Shown: positions 52,078-62,400 of the stretch, one piece after another
Layout: every line of letters starts with the position of its first letter
Numbering within the stretch: position 1 is the first letter of the stretch
Assembly (NCBI GenBank): GCA_038874655.1
Contig: JAVZBY010000003.1
Coordinates: 9,808 to 73,807, forward strand
Direction of reading: 5' to 3'
From: Candidatus Woesearchaeota archaeon
GTDB taxonomy: Archaea; Nanobdellota; Nanobdellia; Woesearchaeales; GW2011-AR15
DNA length: 64,000 nucleotides
Program-made: the position numbers and the translations under genes
Notes under the pieces: generated by a model
What the model saw: only the letters and a program-made list of their open reading frames with translations
Told to the model about the DNA's origin: nothing
Databases searched by the model: none

Positions 52078-53517
52078 CTATTTATTTTTATTTAAATAAT
52101 TAAACAATTTATCAACTTTAGCAGGATTCCAACCTTTTTTTATCAATTTCTCTTTGATTTCTTCATTACTAAACAATTTCTGTAGATCTCTAATTTTATT
52201 TAATGTTTCTTCATCAAAAAGCAAATCATCAAAATTAGACGAATTAACAAATGATTTTGAAATATTTTCTTTCTCTATTGATTTTGATTTAAAAATTGTA
52301 TAAACTAAATATAAGGATAATAAAACAAAAATTATCAATAGAAAAACTAAAACATTAACTAAAGTTATATTTGATATAATATTTGAAACAAATTTCTTCA
52401 TACTAAATGTTCCTGGGATTTCTTCAACAACATTTTTATTTATATTCTCATCTATAATAATAAAATCTTCCAAACTTGAAGTACTTCCTTCATAATTTAA
52501 AGTGATAACTATCTTATATTTACCTTTATCAAAATTTCTTGCATCCAAATAAGATTCTAATGTTTTTTTTTCTAATCTCCCTAAATTGGTATCAAAACTT
52601 CTAAAATTAGTTAATTTTGTTTTTTTATCTTCGGTATAAACATCAACAATAGCATATATATTATTAATTTCCTTATTCCATTCGCTCTCTACTTCAATAT
52701 CAAATTTATTAATACTTCTATATTCAATTAATTTTGTAAAATTTAAGATTTTAACATTTTTTTGTCCTATTCTAAAATAATATGTTTGATTGCTTATATT
52801 ACCATCATAATTAAGATATGCTATAGCATAATATTCTCCTGATAATAAACCATTTGCATCAAAAGAAGTTGTCAATGATTTTTCTTCCTTAGATTTCAAA
52901 TTATATATTTCATTTGTTCTTAATTGTCTTATTTGTTGATTATCAATATTATAAACATAAATATCTGCATATGCTTTTTCTATTGTTGGCACACCGATAT
53001 TTTTAACATTTATATTAAAATCTTGTTTATCATTTAAATTCATAGGTGGCAAACTAATAGTCCATTCAACTGCCTTCCATGGATATAAAACATAAATTAA
53101 ATATCTTAATCCAACAACAGGCCTAGCAACTAAACCACCATAAGTATCTTTTGCAATATCTCTTAAAAAAACAATAATTTCATTTTCACCTGGAGAATCT
53201 AAATTATTCGGCAAATTAATTAAAACCTTAAATTTTCTTGTTTCTCCTGCAGGAACATCTTTAAAAGTATTAGGTTCTATAATAACATATTGTCTTAAAT
53301 CAACTTTACTTTTAGATTCAACAAAAAACTCATAATCAGCCAAATAACCATCGTTTGCTATTAGTTCATAATCAAAAACATATTTTTTATTTGGTTCATA
53401 ATCAAATCTCCTTAAAAAATCACCACTATTTGAAGAAATCCCTAACCCATAAATAAAAAAACTAGTTACAATAAGATTCAAAATAAGAAAAAATAAAAAA
53501 TAAATTTTTTTTTTCAT
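52078..53517 (-). CDS. Membrane-anchored multi-Ig-like protein, paralogue of 55314-56480
   Basis: Signal ending YG|LGIS, LPNNLDSPGE, VKNIG, GEYYA...NYDG, C-terminal TM plus cytoplasmic helical tail. Confidence 0.72.
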   Translation of the reverse strand: MKKKIYFLFFLILNLIVTSFFIYGLGISSNSGDFLRRFDYEPNKKYVFDYELIANDGYLADYEFFVESKSKVDLRQYVIIEPNTFKDVPAGETRKFKVLINLPNNLDSPGENEIIVFLRDIAKDTYGGLVARPVVGLRYLIYVLYPWKAVEWTISLPPMNLNDKQDFNINVKNIGVPTIEKAYADIYVYNIDNQQIRQLRTNEIYNLKSKEEKSLTTSFDANGLLSGEYYAIAYLNYDGNISNQTYYFRIGQKNVKILNFTKLIEYRSINKFDIEVESEWNKEINNIYAIVDVYTEDKKTKLTNFRSFDTNLGRLEKKTLESYLDARNFDKGKYKIVITLNYEGSTSSLEDFIIIDENINKNVVEEIPGTFSMKKFVSNIISNITLVNVLVFLLIIFVLLSLYLVYTIFKSKSIEKENISKSFVNSSNFDDLLFDEETLNKIRDLQKLFSNEEIKEKLIKKGWNPAKVDKLFNYLNKNK

Positions 53518-53569
53518 TTTTACATTAAAAGAGTTTAATTAAAAAATATAAAAATTAAAATTATAAAAA

Positions 53570-54226
53570 TTAAACTTGTGTTGTATAAAATTCTATTGTA
53601 CTATTTTCATATGTTCCTGCAGGTAAATCTACTGGAATTAGTACATTAACATCAACAGCAATACTATCTTCTGTATCAGGATAATATTTTAATCGTTGAC
53701 ATAATGTAACATTCTCTGATAATTCTACCCATGGCCAAGTATATAATCCTGTTGCACATGAATTTGCTTCATTCTCTCTTGCTACAACAGTCAAATTATA
53801 ACCTAATGCACCATTATAATTATTGAAAAAACTTTTTGCAGATGGTCCTCTTACTGAAACAGATACATTAACATTACCATTATTTTCTATTATAAAGCTT
53901 GTTGGTGTTGTATTTCCTGTCCAGCAATCAGTATTATCAATAAAAGTTAATCCTGCTGTTAGATTTGCAAATGTCTTTCCATTTAAATTAATTTCATCAC
54001 AACTAGAATTTATAAAGCCTACTCCAAAATCTATTACAGAATTTAATAATGCTATACTAATAGAATTTTGCACACTTAAATTTATTCTACCCATTTCTGT
54101 TGCTTTTGCTGTCGGATATGTGCTAATCGCAATTTTATTTAATTGATTCATCAATAAAAAAGTAGATGAAACAGAAAAAAAAATTGATAGCATTATAACA
54201 AATGCTAAAAACTTATTACTAACCAT
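53570..54226 (-). CDS. Secreted subunit-like protein A (tandem paralogue)
   Basis: TM, GRINLSV, IDFG, IENNGN, DVNVLIPVDLPAGTYENSTIEF; four Cys; GGTGA SD. Confidence 0.8.
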   Translation of the reverse strand: MVSNKFLAFVIMLSIFFSVSSTFLLMNQLNKIAISTYPTAKATEMGRINLSVQNSISIALLNSVIDFGVGFINSSCDEINLNGKTFANLTAGLTFIDNTDCWTGNTTPTSFIIENNGNVNVSVSVRGPSAKSFFNNYNGALGYNLTVVARENEANSCATGLYTWPWVELSENVTLCQRLKYYPDTEDSIAVDVNVLIPVDLPAGTYENSTIEFYTTQV

Positions 54227-54246
54227 GTTTTCACCTATTAGTTTTA

Positions 54247-54897
54247 TTAAACTTGCACAGCATAAAATTCAATAGTGCTATTTTCATAAGTTCCTGCTGG
54301 TAAATCAACTGGAATTAATACATTAACATCTATTGCAATACTATCTTGTGAGTCTGGATAATATTTTAAACGAGTGCAAAATGATGCATTATTATTTAAT
54401 TGCACATAACTTGATTGTAATGTGCCTGCACATGAATTTGCTTCATAATTCCTTGCCAATGCTGTTAAATTATATGTGAAAGAACCATTATACATACCAA
54501 AAAATGCTCTTGGATCTGGTCCTCTTATTGAAACAGATACATTAACATTACCATTATTCTCTACTATTATACTTGTTGGTGTTTTGTTGCCTGTCCAACA
54601 ATCACTTGTATCAATAAAAGCTGCGCCTGCTGTCAAATTTGCTGCTGTCTTGCTATTTGATAAAATCTCTGAACAACTAACATTAACAAAACCTGTGCCA
54701 AAATCAACTGTTGCATTATAAAGTATTATACTAATTGAATTCTGAACTGATAAATTTACTTTTCCAGGAACATTTTGTGCTTGGCCAGTAATCCCAAAAG
54801 GATTTAATTTATTTAATGAATAAATTGTTACTCCCAAAGAAACAACAATTGACATAACCAAAAAAAGTGCTAATGTTCTATTTGAAATATCATCCAT
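54247..54897 (-). CDS. Secreted subunit-like protein B (tandem paralogue)
   Basis: TM, GITG, GKVNLSV, VDFG, VENNGN, identical C-terminal motif; GGAGG SD. Confidence 0.8.
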   Translation of the reverse strand: MDDISNRTLALFLVMSIVVSLGVTIYSLNKLNPFGITGQAQNVPGKVNLSVQNSISIILYNATVDFGTGFVNVSCSEILSNSKTAANLTAGAAFIDTSDCWTGNKTPTSIIVENNGNVNVSVSIRGPDPRAFFGMYNGSFTYNLTALARNYEANSCAGTLQSSYVQLNNNASFCTRLKYYPDSQDSIAIDVNVLIPVDLPAGTYENSTIEFYAVQV

Positions 54898-54908
54898 TTT
54901 TTTACCTC

Positions 54909-55151
54909 CTATTCTTCCTTTAAAACTTGGAATATTATTTTACCTGTTGTTTTAATTCCACTTGGTGCATTTGGATCAATAACTTGTAAAGAAATTTTCG
55001 CATTCTGACTACTTGTGCCTTGCTGTACTGGCGCATTATTCAATCTGTTAATCTCTGTCAATACAGTAAAAGTACCAAGAATTGATATAACAACTGCCAA
55101 AACAACTAATATCACAACTATGCTTTTTGGCAAATCTTCTTTTTCATCCAT
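54909..55151 (-). CDS. Small membrane-anchored peptide with two repeated beta strands
   Basis: TM followed by AKISLQV and GKIIFQV; G-rich SD before MDEKED. Confidence 0.72.
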   Translation of the reverse strand: MDEKEDLPKSIVVILVVLAVVISILGTFTVLTEINRLNNAPVQQGTSSQNAKISLQVIDPNAPSGIKTTGKIIFQVLKEE

Positions 55152-55221
55152 AAACCCCACCCATTACAAAGTAATAACAAATAATTAAATTATATTTAAC
55201 AAATTTTTTTTATTATTAACT

Positions 55222-55240
55222 AATATATAAACTTTACTCT
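55222..55240 (-). promoter_or_regulatory. Putative BRE/TATA promoter internal to the surface cluster
   Basis: Minus strand AGAGTAAAG-TTTATATA in the 55152-55313 gap; AT-richness limits specificity. Confidence 0.4.
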
Positions 55241-55313
55241 TTTTAAATACTAAAAAAAAAAGTAAGATATAAAATACTAAATCTACTTAATTTCTCCTAA
55301 ATCTAAAAATTTA

Positions 55314-56480
55314 TTAGTTATTTCTCTTTTTAAGAATAAAAATAATCAAAATTATATTCAATAAAATTAAAATTATAACACCTATAATTAAAATATTTAA
55401 TTGAAATTTATTTCCTTGTCCAATAACTTTTGCACTCACATAATTTTTAAAATTCACCGAATCTGGTGATACATAAGCAGTATAAGTTTTTTCAGAAATT
55501 TTATCTTCATAAATAACCTTTGTAGAGAGCTCATATTCACCTATAGTTAAACCTTCTGTATTCCAATACGCATTCATAATTGAAGTTGATTTTTCATTAA
55601 TACTAACAGGAATTGCATTAAAAGTTGAAATTAATTTATTATCTTTAAAAACATCAACTTTTCCTTCTGCCTTAATTTGCTTGTTCCATTTATTTCTTAA
55701 ATAGATATCTAGTTTTGCAATTTGACCTATTTTAAAATTATTTATTTCTATTTTTTCAATTTCAACTTCTAAATTTCCAACATCAAATTTTTGATAGAAT
55801 TCTAAAATCTTAGAATCATATTCTAATGTTGCTTCTAAAACATAGCTTCCAGAATGTTCAGTTTGCCAGGTTAAAATAAAACTTTCTTCTTTATTCGACT
55901 CTATTGACTTTGATTCTGATGTTGCTTTATATAATTCTTCATTTGTTGGACCCTTAATTACTAAATTAATTTTTGCATTTTCTATTTTTTCCTTTCCAAA
56001 ATTTTTTATTGCAAATGTAAAAATAATAGGCTCATTAACTTTTGTATTTGTTATAAATAAATTACCCTCTGCATATTTTCCAGGATAGGGTACATTAACT
56101 ATTATTTTATGCATTACTGCAGGAGCTGCCATTATAACATCATTTTGCATTTCTCTAGGTAATTCCAAAACAATTAAAGAACATGATCTTTCACCTGGAG
56201 GTAATTCATTTGGTAGTTGAATCTTATAATTAATCCATGTTTCTTTATTTTCAATAATCATCGTTTCTTTATCAAGTGAAATATATTTTGCTAATTCTCC
56301 TTCTTTCGAAATTATTATTTTAGTAGGTGTATCATCAACAACTACTCTAAAAGCCCCTTCTTGTTGAAATTGATTAAAATCAAACTTATTTTTAGCAGGA
56401 GCTATTCCTAATCCAAAGATCATATTTATATTTACTAAAAACATAATTAACATAATAAATTTTAAAAATATTTTTCTCAT
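55314..56480 (-). CDS. Membrane-anchored multi-Ig-like protein, paralogue of 52078-53517
   Basis: FG|LGIAP, LPNELPPGE, VPYPGK, IKNFG, GEYEL, C-terminal TM; start overlaps the giant gene's stop. Confidence 0.75.
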   Translation of the reverse strand: MRKIFLKFIMLIMFLVNINMIFGLGIAPAKNKFDFNQFQQEGAFRVVVDDTPTKIIISKEGELAKYISLDKETMIIENKETWINYKIQLPNELPPGERSCSLIVLELPREMQNDVIMAAPAVMHKIIVNVPYPGKYAEGNLFITNTKVNEPIIFTFAIKNFGKEKIENAKINLVIKGPTNEELYKATSESKSIESNKEESFILTWQTEHSGSYVLEATLEYDSKILEFYQKFDVGNLEVEIEKIEINNFKIGQIAKLDIYLRNKWNKQIKAEGKVDVFKDNKLISTFNAIPVSINEKSTSIMNAYWNTEGLTIGEYELSTKVIYEDKISEKTYTAYVSPDSVNFKNYVSAKVIGQGNKFQLNILIIGVIILILLNIILIIFILKKRNN

Positions 56481-59400
56481 GCCTGCTCACCCACTATATA
56501 AATTGTTACATATTTTGGGCCGCCAGGCTCATACATCGGAACTGTTATATTAATATCAATTTGTGCAGTATCATGTTCATCACTATAATTTAAATTTCTT
56601 AATAATGTGGAATTTGAAATTGATATATCTGTCATATTTGCCCATTCTGTTTGTGAATTTGCATAATCAAAAGAAGGCATTTCACTAGTATTATCTGCTT
56701 TATATCTAAAATAAATTGTATTTAAAGGCGCCATTATAAATGGTGATTGATTAGCACCAATTCTTGTAATATTAACAACAATATTACCATTATTCTCTAT
56801 TATTAGAGGTGGATAACCATTATCAGTATCTTTTGATTCTAAAATATTCATTATTCCAAAATCAATTGAATTAACAGTTAAATTTATACTTAAAAAAGAT
56901 TCAATTGTAAAGTTCCATGCTAGACTCCATAGACTATAATTAAAACCATCATATGCCCGAACACTCCAATTAATTAGTCTATCAACACAAAAATCATAAT
57001 TTGGTTGATAACTTGTATCAGAAACATTAATACTAACATCTGGACCACATTCGAAAGTAGAGGAAAAACTAATATTTATTGTATAATTTATATCATCATA
57101 ATCTAAATCTGAGCTATTAAACAGAAATAAAGGTTTTCTTTCATGTATAGTATGATTATTGTTTGTTGGGGTTATTAATATTGGAATAGTTGGTGGACTA
57201 TTAACAATTGTTGTTTTTGTTGAATTATAATTACTTGAATCAATACCATCGTATGCTTTTATAGTGCAGTTCCATATTTCATTCTTTTTTGTATTAGAAC
57301 TGGCTATAAATGATATTAAAGTATTTGTGTTATTATTCACACTAACATTTCCTGATGAAAATAAATTAGTTCCATTATACCAAAAATATTCAACTCTTAA
57401 AGAGGTGTTTAAATCATCAACGATAGTTGCATAACAATTTAAATTTGATGTGGTATTTGGCTCATTAGGTAAAATTTGTATGTTTGAAACTCTTGGAGGG
57501 GAATTTAAATTAATTCTTACCTTTGTACTATTTTTAGTAATTCCATCTTGATAACCATCATTAGGTGTTACTGAGCAAATTAGTTCATCGTTTAAATTAA
57601 ACGCATATCTTAATAATTCATTATTAGTTCTATTTAATATACCATAATTATATTCATTTAGAATTTCTTCATCAGATAAAATATAATTATATATTTTGAT
57701 TTCATCTATAAACCCATTATAAGGTGCTTTTCCTGTATTATGTAAAGCCCAATTTGACAAACCACTAGATGCACCAATAACTAAATTTAAAATTGAGTTT
57801 GAAATATTACTATTCACTTGAGAAGAATTTTTATTCATACCATTAACATATAATTTAAAAATATCTCTATTTAAAGTTAATAACAAATGTGTCCAATTAT
57901 TTTGTTTTATCGTCTCATTACTAATCACTTCATTTCCAAACTTTCTAATAATTAATGCTGAATCTGTTGTGTTTATTGAATATCTACCACCTAATATTAA
58001 ATTTTCCCTGGAATCAAAGGTACCTACTTGAAAAACATCCTTATAATTAGATAAATCTAAAGTAAAATTATAAACCTGTGAACCTGTTTTATTCAATTTA
58101 AATACAAAAATAACATTATTTGTTGAATTTAACCAATAAAAACCTAGGCCATAAATATCATTATTTGAATCAATTAAAATTTTCTGTATGCTATCATTAA
58201 ATGGTGTTGGATTTAAAATATAATTCCATAAGTTATTACCATTTTTATCAAACTTCATCACATTAATATAGCTATCTATTGGTTGATTTGCGATTCCTGC
58301 AATTATTAAATTATCTTCACTATCTACCTTCATATCTTGAAGTGTATCATTATATATTGTTGGGTTTGTAGTAATATTGAAAAGATTCACTCCTGTAGGT
58401 GAAAATTTCACTATTCTATACTGAAAATTACCTAAAAGTTGATCATATCCTCCTATATAATACGAACCATCTAATGCCTTAACAATAATATTAGCAGAAT
58501 CAATTCCTGAACTAATTTGAGGAGTATAATTCCACAAATTTACACCATTTTCATTAAAAGCTGAAACAAACCAATCATAAACAGTTGTTGCTTTAATCCC
58601 CACTGCAATTATCAATGTATCATTATAAACTAAAACATCATTATAAAGATCTGTTCCTGATGTCGGATTAAATGTTCTATTCCATAAATAAGTTCCTGTA
58701 GAATTATATTTAACTAAATAATGACTATGCCCTACTACTGAATCATATATATATCCTGCTACATAAATGTTATTTCTTGAATCTACATCTACACCTAAAT
58801 ATCTATCATGACCTAAATTTGGATAAGTATAATTAAAAAGTAAAGTTCCATTTGGTGAAAATTTCATAATTATTTGATCAATAGAATAAGGGTTATTATT
58901 ACCTGCTCCAACAGCTATAAAATTATCTTCATTATCAACTATTAAATCTGTTAAATATTCATAATATGTATCATCATTTAAATCATTTAAAAAGTAATTT
59001 TTTCTAAATTCATATAAAGTTTTGTTTTTATTATTTTCATTTAAAGAAACTCCTGGATAACCATTAAGTAAAAATATTGAATATATTCCATTACTCAGAA
59101 TATTATCTATTACATCAAACCTTGTAGGCTTTATCCATAATGAAATAGAGATATTATTACTTTTTAGTAAATTTGTATTATTAACATAAATAAAATTAGT
59201 GCCATTAAAATTATATCCTCCAAATACCTTACCAAATTTTCTTGACCAATTTAAATTATTTGAAAAATTTATACTAGTATTATAGCCACTGTAATCTTTT
59301 GTAAAAGTATTATTACTTCCTCCTTCAAACGGCAAATACAACAAATAAATACTTTGATTATTTTTATACCAAGTAGTTATATTTACAACTTGATCTCCAT

Positions 59401-62400
59401 CTGCATCAAAAACATTATTAGCATTACAAGTCAAATTATTAAAAGTATAAGCAGGATCAGGCGTGATATAAGGATTATCATGTGTTGGTGCATCATTAAG
59501 TTTTATTTTCACACTTGAGCTGTTTTTAGTTATGCCATCCTGATAACCATCATTGGGTGTTATAGAACATTTCCATTCATCTTCAAAATTAGTATTTGTA
59601 AAAGATATAATATTACTTAATTTTCCTGAAATTCCTAAAAGATAATCATTATATATCTGCTGATCTGATAATACAAAATTATACACCTTAACCTCATCAA
59701 TTGTACCATTAAAAAATTGTGTATTTGGTAAACCTATTCCCCCTCTTCTACCTATGTTGATAGATTTATTTACAGTATAAATAACATTACCATTTGCTTG
59801 CTTACTATTATCCAAAACCCCATTTACATATAAAAGTAATTTCGAATTATCATATACTCCTACTATATAATACCATTTTCTTTTTCCTAATACTGTATTA
59901 GAGGTAATATTTTGAGATGCAAAACCATTGTTATTCGATGCGAAAAACCTAACTCTACTTTCATTAGAAATTTGTAATCCATAGCCATCATCTCCCCCAC
60001 CATCTTCATCAGTACTTATAATCATTTGATAAGTATTATTATCAAAAAGATATATCCATGCAGAAACACTAAAATTATTATAAGGCCTTAAATTAGGATT
60101 TGAAGGAAAAACAATATATTGATAATTTCCATTAAACACATAAGCACCTCCTATTATACCTGCAGTTGTGTCAAATGTAGCATTAACCACAGATGCATTA
60201 GTAAAACTTACATAATCTAATGTTGAACCATTTTTTGAATATGTTCCAGTTATTGAACCTCCTTCAAACGGCAAATACAACAAATAAATACTTTGATTAT
60301 TTTTATACCAAGTAGTTATATTTACAACTTGATCTCCCTCTGCATCAAAAACATTATTAGCATTACAAGTCAAATCACTAAAAATATTTGCTGGATTAGG
60401 TGTGATATAAGGATCATCATGTGTTGGTGCAGAAGGATATATTTTAACAGAACTACTGTTTTTAGTTATCCCATCTACATAGCCATCATTTGGAGTTATA
60501 GAGCATTTAATTTCATCATTTAATTTTAAATTTAAATATTTTAAATCTAAAAATTGTTCCTTATTTGAGAAAGAAAAAGGATAAATTATTGAATTAATAT
60601 ATGAAATAGAGAGAGGAATATTAAAAATTTTAACTTCATCAATAATACCATTAAAAAATTCTGTATTAGGTTGATAAGTACCACCTATTCTACCTATATT
60701 TATAGAATTATTAACAGTATATACTACATTTCCATTTCCTATTTTTCTACCAACTAATAAACCATTAATATAAAGAGATATTTCAGAATTATTATAAACT
60801 CCAACAATATTATACCATATATTTTTTCCTAAAGTAATATTTGAAGTTACATTTTGTAAAGCATAGCCATTAGAATTTAAAACTGCAAAGCTAACTCTTC
60901 CTTGATCAGTTATTCTTAAAAAATATCCATCATCATTACCTCCATCACTATCTGAAGAAATAATTGTTTGATTTGTATTATTTGAATTTAAACTTATCCA
61001 AACTGAGATACTAAAATTATTATAAGGCCTTAAATCATTATTAGAAGGCACGGAGATATAATCATAATCCCCATCAAAAAAATATGCTCCTCCTATTATA
61101 CCTGAAAACTGCAAATATGTTGCATTTACTACACTAACATTTTTTAAAGAAACATAATCTCTTGTAGAACCATTTGAAAAATTATCGCCACTAGTTGAAC
61201 CTCCTTCAAAAGGTAAATTTAATGAATAAATACTTTTATTATTAATATACCATGTTGTTATGTTTCTAATAAAATGATCCTCATAATCTATTAGATTTGT
61301 AGTATCACAAAAGATTGTTTTATTTAAAGTTGGTGTTTGTGGGTTAATTTGTGGATTATCATGTATAGGTTCTGTATTATTAATAAAAAACCACAATCCT
61401 TCTTCGTAAAAATAAATTATATCTGGAAACTCTCCTATTTCAGAGGAATATATAATTCTATCACTATTATTAAACTCTATACAATGAACTATTAGATCTA
61501 TAGCTTGAGATGCTAAAATATGATAATATACTGAAATATTATGTTCTCTAACAACACAAGATTGTGGTAAAGTAATATTGTTATTAAGATTAGAAATAAT
61601 TTTAACATTGGTAACATTATTTGGTTTATAATAAATTGAGGAGATATAATAATCATTTGCTTCACTACCAGTAAACCAATTACCATCAAAGAAAGCTTGT
61701 GCATTAACACATCCTCCTACTGCATTACAACCACTTATATTACTAAATTCAACATAATAATAATAACTAGGATCATAAGCATAATCACTTACATAAGCTA
61801 AATCATTTTCAAACTCAAAAAGCAAAGTAGCATAACCAGCTTTAATCATGTAATTTTTTAGATAAGCAGTTTGATTACATTCAAAATTTGGAATAAACAA
61901 TTTTTTGATTTTAACAGAGTTTTCAGATAAATCAGAGTAATTATAAGTGATATTATTAACATCAACTATTAATAATTTATCTAGGAGAGGGTAATTACCA
62001 CAACTTAGGTTTAAAAATAACATTTCATCAAAAGTTTGATTATTATCAACAGAGATTTCAGTCCAATTAGCATTAGTAGAGCTAATAGATAAATTAGCAA
62101 TTCCGCTAGTATTAAAAGCCACAATCCATATTTCATTATCTTTTAGATAGGTGTAAGGATTCAGTACAATTATAGAAATTTCAAAAGTTTGATTACTTAG
62201 ATGAGGCACAATCCATTCAATTTTATCAATTAAGCCATTATCATTAGTATCAAAATAATTAACATTTTCAAACAATATTTTCTGATCATCTTTAAACCAA
62301 TAAACCTTTATATTTTCTTTTTTAGATTCTTTAATATTAGTATAAGCTAGGACATTTTCATAATGCAAATCTGATGAAATAACAACATGTTTTTTATTTT

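Noticed and set aside
59319-60375. Repeat pair as a diversity-generating retroelement TR/VR
   Set aside because: Both copies are coding with a single mismatch, there is no adenine-specific pattern, and no reverse transcriptase is present in the window
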